DNA from: a virus
IMG/VR virus record: IMGVR_UViG_3300023178_003744
Location: 13,224 to 77,223 of that record
DNA: 64,000 bases
Reading direction: 5' to 3' (one strand)
A program made the position numbers and the translations under genes. Of the stretch, positions 18,056 through 27,096 are shown one piece after another. The first letter of the stretch is position 1; each line of letters opens with the position of its first letter. Below the pieces are notes generated by a model. The model was not told where the DNA came from, did no database searches, and was given only the letters and a program-made list of their open reading frames with translations.

Positions 18056-19134
18056 TATTTAAATTGCTCCGAAAAAGGATCAAATTCCTTACCACACTTC
18101 ATAGCACAGACTTTCAACTTTCCAGCTTTGCAACTAGGTTTATTCCAACTTTCTTCTATGTTGTTAAATATACCTGTATCAAATACCGCCTTTAATCCGT
18201 GTTTTTTTGCACTGATAGCATCTTTTCCACCAACACTTTTTATAAAATCCCATACTTGTTCAACTTTTGGATCTTTATGCCACCATTTATACATACGACC
18301 TGCGGTCCAACAACACGGCATAGCAAGACCTTCTGCTGTAATAAACAAGCTGCCTTCGTCTTTTACCTTACAAAATATTTCAGCTTGATCATAATATGCA
18401 TCCATCGTACCGTGTTTTTGTTTGATATCGTCATATTGCTTAATAGCTGCATTTTGATACTGTGCGTTAGGTTTTTTTAATTCAGCAGTTTTATTTCCTT
18501 TACGATCCACTGCTTGGTGTGTTTCCTTTTTTTCGCTTTTTGCACTTATAAATCTACCAGTTTTCTTTGCAACAAATCTTTCAAAACCTATTTTTTCACT
18601 TAATAATTTGGCTTGTTCTACTTGATGTTGATTATGCTCAAATATTAAAAAATCCCATCGGCTACGGCCGCCTGCATTTGTAAATGCTCGCATACTGCGT
18701 TCTACGTTATCCCATACTACACCTTGACGATAGATATGATTAGTATCGGACATTCCATCTACACTAAAAATAACAGCGCCCATACGACCAAAAGTTTTTG
18801 CAAGTTCCTGCCACCATGCTTCGTCTCTTGCACCTGCATTTGTATTCATTGATAACCACATTTTAGAATTGTGTTTTCTAAAATATTGAAATATCTCAAG
18901 TGTATCCCGTGCAACAATAGGGTCGCCTAGGTTGCCACACATGTACATAGTGTTTAATTGTTGGATAAATTCTGGTTTAAAAATACGCTTGCAATCATCA
19001 AGTGTTAATTCGCTAAGATCGATATGTGGATTTATTGCGCCACCGTTTTGGTTACGATCACACATTGGACAACTTGCCTGACAATTTTGTGTATTTTCTA
19101 AGTGTATGGTTCGTATATTTTCATACTTGTACAT
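18055..19134 (-). CDS. Radical SAM protein with C-terminal SPASM/twitch domain (likely start MYKYE at 19134)
   Basis: CQASCPMC, CGNLGDP, FC...MPCC...CAMKC; TAATG coupling with the upstream stop codon. Confidence 0.9.
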   Translation of the reverse strand: MYKYENIRTIHLENTQNCQASCPMCDRNQNGGAINPHIDLSELTLDDCKRIFKPEFIQQLNTMYMCGNLGDPIVARDTLEIFQYFRKHNSKMWLSMNTNAGARDEAWWQELAKTFGRMGAVIFSVDGMSDTNHIYRQGVVWDNVERSMRAFTNAGGRSRWDFLIFEHNQHQVEQAKLLSEKIGFERFVAKKTGRFISAKSEKKETHQAVDRKGNKTAELKKPNAQYQNAAIKQYDDIKQKHGTMDAYYDQAEIFCKVKDEGSLFITAEGLAMPCCWTAGRMYKWWHKDPKVEQVWDFIKSVGGKDAISAKKHGLKAVFDTGIFNNIEESWNKPSCKAGKLKVCAMKCGKEFDPFSEQFK

Positions 19135-19799
19135 TAGTAGTGACCAAATCCCCAGTGTTTCTCTCTGCATGACCAACAATCTTTACAAATTACTGACCAA
19201 TTTTCTGTAAAAACTTCACAACTACGAGTTTCAGGTAATAAGCTGTCTAACACACCTAAAGATTTATACAGCTCTTGTACACCGCGTTTATCAATATTGA
19301 TTAAAGGTCGAAATGATCTAACCCCATAACGTTGTGGTTTTTTATGATGTTTTTTCTTTTTACGACCTTTATCGTAAATATGTTTGCCGTCATATAGTTC
19401 GGGTGCTTTCTTTTTACTAGGATTTGCAGTCAAACCTACAAAATGTGCTTGTATTTTTTTTTGTTTATACAAATCCATTACTATATCGCTCATATCTCCA
19501 ATGTAATTGTTCGCAGCGTCTGTTCTTATTGTGCCTATAAAATGCTCACCAAAATTAACACCTGTAAGTTCTGTAATTTTATTCATTACTCTTTTTGCAT
19601 AAACTTCTTGAAATGGTTTATTTTCTGCTATACAACTTATAGGGTGAATAACAGTATCGGAACGTTCTTCTTTTACATACAATGCAAGCATATAACAAAC
19701 TATAGCACTATCAATACCGCCGCTAAGTTTAATACCTACTTTTTTAACAAATTTTGAAAATTCTATATTAATGATATCTTGTTTATTATAAAATTCCAT
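19134..19799 (-). CDS. QueC-like PP-loop ATPase
   Basis: LSGGIDS; RPLINIDK; TRSCE...CKDCWSCRE, like the QueC Zn site. Confidence 0.8.
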   Translation of the reverse strand: MEFYNKQDIINIEFSKFVKKVGIKLSGGIDSAIVCYMLALYVKEERSDTVIHPISCIAENKPFQEVYAKRVMNKITELTGVNFGEHFIGTIRTDAANNYIGDMSDIVMDLYKQKKIQAHFVGLTANPSKKKAPELYDGKHIYDKGRKKKKHHKKPQRYGVRSFRPLINIDKRGVQELYKSLGVLDSLLPETRSCEVFTENWSVICKDCWSCREKHWGFGHY

Positions 19800-19801
19800 T
19801 T

Positions 19802-20023
19802 TTATTCCAAAATCAACTTAATGTCTTTTCCTGGCCCAATTTTACTAGGAAGGTCGCCATATGTATCCACATACCATTCAATAACTGCAATATACCAGTT
19901 ATGACTATTGTGATGTGCTTTTTTATTAAACTTATGTATGTTATTATTAGTAGCTTGCATAGTGCTCAAAGCACGAGCACTTTCTTTTTGCAAATCTCTA
20001 ACGCTTAGATTACTTATATCCAA
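19802..20023 (-). CDS. Small hypothetical protein (73 aa)
   Basis: Tightly packed ORF within the operon, Asn/His-rich middle. Confidence 0.7.
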   Translation of the reverse strand: MDISNLSVRDLQKESARALSTMQATNNNIHKFNKKAHHNSHNWYIAVIEWYVDTYGDLPSKIGPGKDIKLILE

Positions 20024-22619
20024 TTCTCATAAACCTTGTATAACCTTCTAAATTTAATTCATCTGAAAACAGTACATCCGACATTGGCGTTTGTGATTCA
20101 AACTGTTGTAAATTACTCGATCTATTAATATGCTCATCTATTTTCAAATCATTACTTTGTAATATTAACAACTTTCCTTGTGGCAATCTATCATACCATA
20201 AAGTAAAGTTTTCTATATGTTCACAGCTTGTATTAATAATTGTGTCCGGTCTTGCTTCTAAAGTTACTTCTCTATCTTCTTGTGCTGTTAAAGTTTTAAA
20301 TTCAAAAAAGGAATAATCAATGTTATGTATATCCATTGTCTGTGCTTTAAACTTCCAATCGCCTGCTACTATATCTTTATTAAACAGTTCTGCAATTTTC
20401 CAGCAAGTAGGATCACTATCAAAGCTGTACATTTTAGTAAAATCTACACCATGCTCTCGTAATAGCGGCACAACTGTTGCATACCATCCAGCACATAAAA
20501 ATACTATACCTAAATTTTCTATTGCGTCTAATGACGACACTGTATTTGCTAACCATTTTTTACTTAATATTTGTCCTCGAGAGAAGCAATCAAAATTAAA
20601 ATTTTCATTATCTTTTAATTTTTTCAAAGGCTCTACAAATAAGCTACTTGTGTATTTTTCTAATATACGCCATAACGCATGATAGTTGTTAGACAATAAA
20701 CTAAATTCATCTTTTAAATCAGGCAATAACCTAGATAAACTGTATAAGTTATTCTCTAGTACAGCTTTCCGTAAGTCATCATTTTCTGTCAATTTAAAAA
20801 TACTGGACAAATCATGATCGTTGTACATACGCCTTACATTTGAAATTTGTCCTTGATACAATATTTCAAATCTATCTAGTGTATCAATAATGTTCATAGA
20901 CTTAGGTATAATTACACTGCTTTTAATTTGACTTTCTATACCTTCATCTAACGATACCACTGCTTCTTGCTCTGGGTATTCTATATTATCAAATGTATTG
21001 CTAGGCACAAACGCAACAGATTGAAACTTTGCGTGTAACCATTCAAAATCATTTATTTTCTTTAACTTTTCGGGATCTGTTTTATTACTTTTTCCGTAAT
21101 TTCTACCTTCATTAGCACCTTTTAAAATCCAATCTTTCAAAGGTCCTTCGGCATGCGTACACCAAGTTTTAAGTCTTTCTTCGGTTTCATTATCTTTTTG
21201 ACGGTCGATTACTTTGCTTGCTAACTTAACACATTCTCTAAAAGCACTACGCCAAGCACTAAATTCATCTACTGCAAAATTTGTTAAATTACTTACAGTT
21301 GGCATAGGCTTAAATTTAGAACTTATGCTTGTAGTCATATCAGTTTTTGATATATCCATATGTTCTGTAAGTGCACGTGGCAACAGCTTTACACCACCGT
21401 AGCCATACTCTAGACCGTTAATTGGGTTTTTACTTCTCCATACCTTTACATAGTCTTTTTCGTTTTCAGGAGTAATATAATCAAAGTTAAAATCATCAAC
21501 AATAGTTGCGTCGCCGTCTACTACCCAAAACATATCAGAATTAACTTGTTTTGCAGCTTCTATGTGTGCTTGATGAATACCTTCTATACCGTGTACTCTT
21601 TTTGCTCTAGGAAAACGTTTTAACAATTCGTCATAATTTTTATCTGCTTCGGGTTCATCGTAGGTTATCATTACTATATCATAATGGCTTTTTTCTGTTT
21701 TCAAATACTTATGGCCGATACGAGGCGGGTTAACGTACATGCTCTTAAACATTTTGCTTTGATCTTCGTTATATACATCTAACGGTACATCCATGCTGAG
21801 CTCATTTACTAAGTGTTCTCCAAGGATTTCCATTTCGTATAAAAGATCTTCTTCGCCCATTTTAGAATATGTGTCAGTCCACATCTTATTAACATATTCA
21901 AAATCACGGACATTAACATAATCCCAATCAGTGCAATTTGTAAGATAAGTGCCAAGGCGGGCACCATACATTGCCCATATACCATTATCTACATCTAATC
22001 CTACAGTTTGCCAAATACGTAATCTGTCCATGTTTTTCTTGTGTATTTTATGAAAATTAGCAAGATCTACTTTTTCACCTTCTCTTAGAGTCATTTTTAC
22101 GCCTTCTCTAAATCCAGCACGCCATGCTTGATGCGGAGTTGCATTGTTGTATACTGTACTACATACTCTATCTATCTGGCAATATTCTACATCCCAGCAA
22201 AAGTCTACTTGAGCTTGGATATTATTTGGATCAGCTGACTCGTGTGTTTTCATATTTTCGATTATATGTTTTGGCCATGACTTGATGCCGCCGTTACCGT
22301 ACACTAATCCATTAATTATATTCCGACCGCTCCAACTTACAACACTGTTTTCTAAGTCAACATGATCTTGAAAAACAAGTTCTTGATTTATAAAGTCGCC
22401 GTTGATTACATTATCAGCATCTACAATAATTAATCTTTCTGTATCAGATAATTTTGCACATGCTTTATGTGCAGCATCAGAACCTTCAACACCGTGCACC
22501 CGTTTTGCCCATGGTATTTTTTTAATTAAATCATTGTAATTTTTTTCTGCATTAGGCTCATCATAACTTAAAAAAATCACGTCATAATCAGCAGGTTTCA
22601 ATATATTAGTCATTCTCAA
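20010..22619 (-). CDS. Fusion of two tandem GT-A-like glycosyltransferase domains and a C-terminal class I methyltransferase-like domain
   Basis: Duplicated YD(V/I)...YDEP.A.KNY..L....P.AKRVHG.EG...AH...A...VD(A/G)D...NPINGL.YG.GG.K..P...AWR..FRE.VK; C-terminal FSRGQ..SK.WL...GWY...SFDSDP...INTSCEH. Confidence 0.7.
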   Translation of the reverse strand: MRMTNILKPADYDVIFLSYDEPNAEKNYNDLIKKIPWAKRVHGVEGSDAAHKACAKLSDTERLIIVDADNVINGDFINQELVFQDHVDLENSVVSWSGRNIINGLVYGNGGIKSWPKHIIENMKTHESADPNNIQAQVDFCWDVEYCQIDRVCSTVYNNATPHQAWRAGFREGVKMTLREGEKVDLANFHKIHKKNMDRLRIWQTVGLDVDNGIWAMYGARLGTYLTNCTDWDYVNVRDFEYVNKMWTDTYSKMGEEDLLYEMEILGEHLVNELSMDVPLDVYNEDQSKMFKSMYVNPPRIGHKYLKTEKSHYDIVMITYDEPEADKNYDELLKRFPRAKRVHGIEGIHQAHIEAAKQVNSDMFWVVDGDATIVDDFNFDYITPENEKDYVKVWRSKNPINGLEYGYGGVKLLPRALTEHMDISKTDMTTSISSKFKPMPTVSNLTNFAVDEFSAWRSAFRECVKLASKVIDRQKDNETEERLKTWCTHAEGPLKDWILKGANEGRNYGKSNKTDPEKLKKINDFEWLHAKFQSVAFVPSNTFDNIEYPEQEAVVSLDEGIESQIKSSVIIPKSMNIIDTLDRFEILYQGQISNVRRMYNDHDLSSIFKLTENDDLRKAVLENNLYSLSRLLPDLKDEFSLLSNNYHALWRILEKYTSSLFVEPLKKLKDNENFNFDCFSRGQILSKKWLANTVSSLDAIENLGIVFLCAGWYATVVPLLREHGVDFTKMYSFDSDPTCWKIAELFNKDIVAGDWKFKAQTMDIHNIDYSFFEFKTLTAQEDREVTLEARPDTIINTSCEHIENFTLWYDRLPQGKLLILQSNDLKIDEHINRSSNLQQFESQTPMSDVLFSDELNLEGYTRFMRIGYK

Positions 22620-23115
22620 AACTCATAGGTAAATTTTTCTTTGTAAAGATACTTATTGGTACATTAATTTTATCTGAAATTTTTATTTCAATACAGCGCT
22701 TTTCAAATAGCTCGTTTACGGACAAAGTTATAGTATCAAGTAAATTATGTGGTGAATTTTTTTCAGTTACATAAAAAACTATCCAACTGCTAGTAACAGA
22801 TTCAATATCTGCTTGGTCCGTTAAAGTAATTTTTAAAATATTATCTACTTTTGTGATTATTATTGTACTATCTGCATTATTTTTTACATTCACAAAACTT
22901 TTATAGCTAACAGTAAAATTATTGATTGCTTTTTTTTCTACTAGGCAATATACATCATGTATTTTTTGAACTTGAAAACTGTGAAGATTAACTTTTCCTT
23001 CTACAAAATCTACATATTGCTGCTTGCTTACTTCCAGTAAATCTAAAGTGTTGTCATGAAAATTGATACATCCTAAAATAGTTCCTGTATTTTTGTCAAA
23101 TTTTAGATAAAACAT
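22606..23115 (-). CDS. Hypothetical protein
   Basis: 169-aa ORF packed within the operon. Confidence 0.7.
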   Translation of the reverse strand: MFYLKFDKNTGTILGCINFHDNTLDLLEVSKQQYVDFVEGKVNLHSFQVQKIHDVYCLVEKKAINNFTVSYKSFVNVKNNADSTIIITKVDNILKITLTDQADIESVTSSWIVFYVTEKNSPHNLLDTITLSVNELFEKRCIEIKISDKINVPISIFTKKNLPMSFEND

Positions 23116-23939
23116 CAGTCATCTAGCCAATCTTTAATATCATCATTAATAAAATTATCTTCTACATAGTGTAAAAATTGGTGTTGTTTATAATTATTAA
23201 TAAAAATTCCATCAGCACTTGCATAGTACATCAAACTTTCAGTCCAACTTTGAATGTTTCGAACTCCTTGCAAAGGTGTTTTCATGTGAACTAGATTAAA
23301 TTTATTTTTATCTAATTTAATATTGCATAATTTAACACACATTGCTGCGGCGACATCTATACTGCAAAATTCTTGTTTTTGCTTAGGAGTGAATATGTTA
23401 GCAAAATCATCAAAATTATCTACTATTAATTCTAAATTATCAAAAAAGTTATCATTTGTTTCATTTTTTTCAAAGTAAAAAAATGCACTGTAAATGTTAG
23501 GTAAATTATTTGCTAAAAATACTTTCCTATGCTTATAATCTTGGATGATCTTACGCCCTCTATGATTTACAATTTCTGTACTAAAATATAATTTAGTATC
23601 TTGTAACTCATCCCATATATTAGATAAATTACACAATACCAACACATCTGTGTCAAAAACTATAGTACGATTGTACGGTGTTAATTTGTAAATAAGCTTC
23701 CTATTATTAATTCTCCACTCATTAATTTCAGTTAAATCATTTTCAATTGGAATAATTTTATCAAACAAATGTATTTTTTCATCAGGCACTTTATCGTTAG
23801 TAATAATACTTATTTTTTCGTCTTTACTAAATTTTTTTATACTTTGGGCTAGATAGCAAGCTTGCAATACATAGTTAAATTTAGTATTATTTTGTGCTAC
23901 TACACACACTCCTTTATTCATTTGCAAAGTCCTTGTCAA
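23115..23939 (-). CDS. GT-A fold (GT8-like) glycosyltransferase; start may be MNKGV near 23921
   Basis: LTPYNRTIVFDTDV DxD motif; IYSAFFYF; C-terminal LVHMK. Confidence 0.7.
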   Translation of the reverse strand: MTRTLQMNKGVCVVAQNNTKFNYVLQACYLAQSIKKFSKDEKISIITNDKVPDEKIHLFDKIIPIENDLTEINEWRINNRKLIYKLTPYNRTIVFDTDVLVLCNLSNIWDELQDTKLYFSTEIVNHRGRKIIQDYKHRKVFLANNLPNIYSAFFYFEKNETNDNFFDNLELIVDNFDDFANIFTPKQKQEFCSIDVAAAMCVKLCNIKLDKNKFNLVHMKTPLQGVRNIQSWTESLMYYASADGIFINNYKQHQFLHYVEDNFINDDIKDWLDD

Positions 23940-24756
23940 TAATTTTATCTAACTCAAACTTATTCATTAAATGCACATTGGTATTTTTCATTACATGTAA
24001 ATTATAATCACCTCTATTATTAGACAATACTTTAATAGTACTGTTGTCTATTGATAACGGTATGTCTACATCAAATGAATTATACAGTGTATAAGGCAGG
24101 TCGACTACAGTTTTACTTTCAGTAAAACCATTTATAATATGTGCTGCAATACTAAATGCATAATCATTTCTAAATTTTGTACTTGTAACATTAAACAACG
24201 ACCGATAGTAACTCCAATTATCTCTTACAAAGCCTACTAAATCAAAAATATTTTTTGCTAAGTTGCTTTTTTTGAAGTATACTACCGTTGCCCAGTATAA
24301 AGGAATACTAGCCTTAGATACTCTACCTTGTTTAACTTGAGGTACTGTGTCTGCAAAGTCTTTATATGCTTTACCAATACATATATCATTGTTACTTTGA
24401 AAAAGATTTAATAAATTAGAATTAGCAATAATAAAATCTGTGTCAATTAACAATGTTTTATCGTAAGGGGTCAGTGTATAAGCATCTACTCTATTAGAAT
24501 TATGCCATAGATCTCTAATCTTAAGTGATCCTTGCGTAAATGTACGATAATTCTCAAAATCGGGAGTATTTGTAACTACAATATTATCTACATACTTAGA
24601 ATAAAACGGATATTTTTGAAAATTATCTGTATCGTTTGTAACAACAGTTACAGGTAATTTTAAATATCGTTTTACACGCTTGGCACAGTATATTGCTTGT
24701 TTTACATAGTCAACTGTTTCATTATTAATTGCAAACAATAATACTCCGCTAGACAC
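23914..24756 (-). CDS. GT-A fold (GT8-like) glycosyltransferase
   Basis: LTPYDKTLLIDTDF DxD motif; WATVVYFKK; FRNDYAFSIA; VHLMNK; paralogous to the downstream gene. Confidence 0.7.
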   Translation of the reverse strand: MSSGVLLFAINNETVDYVKQAIYCAKRVKRYLKLPVTVVTNDTDNFQKYPFYSKYVDNIVVTNTPDFENYRTFTQGSLKIRDLWHNSNRVDAYTLTPYDKTLLIDTDFIIANSNLLNLFQSNNDICIGKAYKDFADTVPQVKQGRVSKASIPLYWATVVYFKKSNLAKNIFDLVGFVRDNWSYYRSLFNVTSTKFRNDYAFSIAAHIINGFTESKTVVDLPYTLYNSFDVDIPLSIDNSTIKVLSNNRGDYNLHVMKNTNVHLMNKFELDKIIDKDFANE

Positions 24757-25087
24757 TTTTGTTCCTAATTAAATCGGCAATATTATCATAATCAGCTTTG
24801 TACTGTTTTAAAGCAACATTATAGGTATTCCAAACTATATGATAAAAGTCATACAAGTTAGTAACACAGATTGGTATATTATCGTTGTCAAGAAAGACTG
24901 CGTCTTCTTCATCTTTAGACAAAAACAAGCCGATTTGTCGCACTAATTCAGCATCAGCTGTGAAGGCGCCGCCGTTATAATACACTTGTAATTTTTCTAA
25001 AAACTTATCGTATATGTAAGCTCTTTGTCTATTGATTGATTCTAAATTTTTACTAGCTTCTAAAGCTTTAACTAATCTTTGATCCAT
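24749..25087 (-). CDS. Hypothetical protein (first gene of the glycosyltransferase operon)
   Basis: 112-aa ORF directly after a sigma70-like promoter. Confidence 0.7.
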   Translation of the reverse strand: MDQRLVKALEASKNLESINRQRAYIYDKFLEKLQVYYNGGAFTADAELVRQIGLFLSKDEEDAVFLDNDNIPICVTNLYDFYHIVWNTYNVALKQYKADYDNIADLIRNKSV

Positions 25088-25093
25088 GTTACT

Positions 25094-25121
25094 ATTATAT
25101 AGTAAAAAATAACAAAGTCAA
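25094..25121 (-). promoter_or_regulatory. Sigma70-type promoter TTGACT-N16-TATAAT
   Basis: -35 at 25121-25116, -10 at 25099-25094; ATG 6 nt downstream (leaderless geometry). Confidence 0.65.
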
Positions 25122-25125
25122 GAAA

Positions 25126-26103
25126 TTAATAAGTTGCCGTAAATCCTACTGTGCTACCATTTGCACTAAATGTAGGCGTAGTTGCAGCAAAAGTACCCGT
25201 AGGTGTAATAACATCTACAGTAGTTGTAACTACTGTCTGTACATCTTCATCATTAAGAGTATCGCCTACATCCGCATCATAAAAATCTAAAAATATTTGA
25301 TATGTAGTATCGTTAGCTCGTCTAAACCTATATCTTACATAATTTTCATTATATACAGCATCTCCGCCGTCTATATCGCTGGTAAACTTATATATTTCTG
25401 TATCAGGAGTACCGTTAGGTTTACCATCTAAAAAATACCATCCTTCGTACGATGCTAATTTAGTTGATCCTGCATACGCACTATTTGTATAGGTTATACT
25501 ATCTGCAAATATATCAACCTGCTCTAAATTATTAACCATATTACGCCAGTCAATACTTTTTGCTTCTGAACCGGTATATGTCGCACTTGCAGTAATGCGC
25601 AAACTGCCACCTGTGTTAAAAAAAACAAATTTATCATTTTCAGACGCAAAAACAATGTTAAAAACATGCTGATTATTACCATTCCAGCCAGCAGCTAGTG
25701 TACCGGTAGTAGCTGTTGTTAAACTTGTATTTGTACTATCAACAGTAAATCTATCACCATAATTTGTATTATGAGCCGCGGCTATTGCATTGTATTTTGC
25801 TGCGGTTATTTTTTCAGTTGATGTTAAAGTTGGAAGGCTACCGCTAGTGCCGGTTCTATGCCCTGTAACCAAGTTAACAATATTGGAAACTGTGTTCCAA
25901 TCATCAGCAGTAATTTTATCGACATCAGTTACAGTGCTACCTTGTGTTATAGATGAGCCATAACCTTGGATAGTTCCTTCTGTGCCATCATTTACATATG
26001 ATCCACTAGGTGTATCTATTATTGCATTTACTTCATTAATTAGATCGTTATACTTTGTTGCTGTAATACTATTTGTAGTTGCTACTGATGTTACTGTGCC
26101 CAT
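25126..26103 (-). CDS. Virion structural protein (tail/baseplate-associated)
   Basis: Thr/Gly-rich beta composition, paralogous to 26107..27087, located in the tail module. Confidence 0.6.
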   Translation of the reverse strand: MGTVTSVATTNSITATKYNDLINEVNAIIDTPSGSYVNDGTEGTIQGYGSSITQGSTVTDVDKITADDWNTVSNIVNLVTGHRTGTSGSLPTLTSTEKITAAKYNAIAAAHNTNYGDRFTVDSTNTSLTTATTGTLAAGWNGNNQHVFNIVFASENDKFVFFNTGGSLRITASATYTGSEAKSIDWRNMVNNLEQVDIFADSITYTNSAYAGSTKLASYEGWYFLDGKPNGTPDTEIYKFTSDIDGGDAVYNENYVRYRFRRANDTTYQIFLDFYDADVGDTLNDEDVQTVVTTTVDVITPTGTFAATTPTFSANGSTVGFTATY

Positions 26104-26106
26104 TTT

Positions 26107-27087
26107 TTATGCCAATACTAAACTATTACCAGGTCCTTCAGAAAATACAGGGACAGGCAAGCTTATATAATCTCCGCTAGGGGTTTCCACAAACACATTA
26201 CTATTAATATTTGTTCTCACGTCTTCATCTACACTCGGGTCGCCAGTATCAGCATCATTAAAGGTCACTGTAAATCTATAACGTGTCTCAGAAATTTTTT
26301 CTACTTCAATTTCGTAATAGTTTTCGTCATAATTAGGAAAACCAGATACATCTCCAGCATTCAAAGTGTAGAGTTTTGTAAGTGTATTCAAAGGTAATGC
26401 ATCTATTGCCCACCATCCAGCATAAGTAACACCGCTGCCATTAGTTTGTGCTATTTTAATAGTGCCTAATCCGCTACTTGTAATACTAAGATTTTTAATT
26501 TCAACTGTGCCTATACTTGCCACAATATTAGCCCAATCTGTATCTTTATCTTCAGGACTATTAGGAAGAGATGCACTCCCGCCTAATCTAAGCACGCCGC
26601 CTGCATTAAAAAATCCTTTTTTATGATTTTCACTTTCCCAAACCATATCAAACACATGTGTTTGAATTCCGTTCCACGGTGTTGATATACTTCCAATACT
26701 AGCATTACTTAGACTTTTCTGACTAGGATGACAGGTATTTCTATTGTTTGTATTTTGTAATTGAACTGCTTCCCAAGTGTTGTATATGTCAGCATCAACT
26801 GTGTCATTATTAGACAGTTCAGGCATAGCTATATCACCAGTTGGTTCATTACCATTGATATGCACATATGCTCTTATAATGTCCTGTCTTAATAGATTCC
26901 AGTCTGCTGCTGTTATTAATTCTTCAGCAACTACCGGTACTGCATTTAGCGGGTTAAAGTAACCCGCTGTAGTACCTATAGTATTAATACTCCAGGATCC
27001 TGTAGGAGTTCCGATAATTCTTACAACTTTTGCTCTAAGATCTTCAAACTCAGCTGCTCCAATAATATCACCGACTTCAACTGCCAC
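26107..27087 (-). CDS. Virion structural protein, paralog of 25126..26103 (GTG start)
   Basis: Shared ITA.DWN, FFN.GG.LR, K..DW, Y.ENY and F.DAD.GD...DEDV motifs; AAGGA SD. Confidence 0.6.
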   Translation of the reverse strand: MAVEVGDIIGAAEFEDLRAKVVRIIGTPTGSWSINTIGTTAGYFNPLNAVPVVAEELITAADWNLLRQDIIRAYVHINGNEPTGDIAMPELSNNDTVDADIYNTWEAVQLQNTNNRNTCHPSQKSLSNASIGSISTPWNGIQTHVFDMVWESENHKKGFFNAGGVLRLGGSASLPNSPEDKDTDWANIVASIGTVEIKNLSITSSGLGTIKIAQTNGSGVTYAGWWAIDALPLNTLTKLYTLNAGDVSGFPNYDENYYEIEVEKISETRYRFTVTFNDADTGDPSVDEDVRTNINSNVFVETPSGDYISLPVPVFSEGPGNSLVLA

Positions 27088-27096
27088 AATAATTCC

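Noticed and set aside
8175-19799. Canonical 7-deazaguanine (preQ0/dG+) DNA modification pathway
   Set aside because: Only QueC-like folds are present; no radical SAM here looks like QueE, and FolE, QueD and DpdA are not seen in the window
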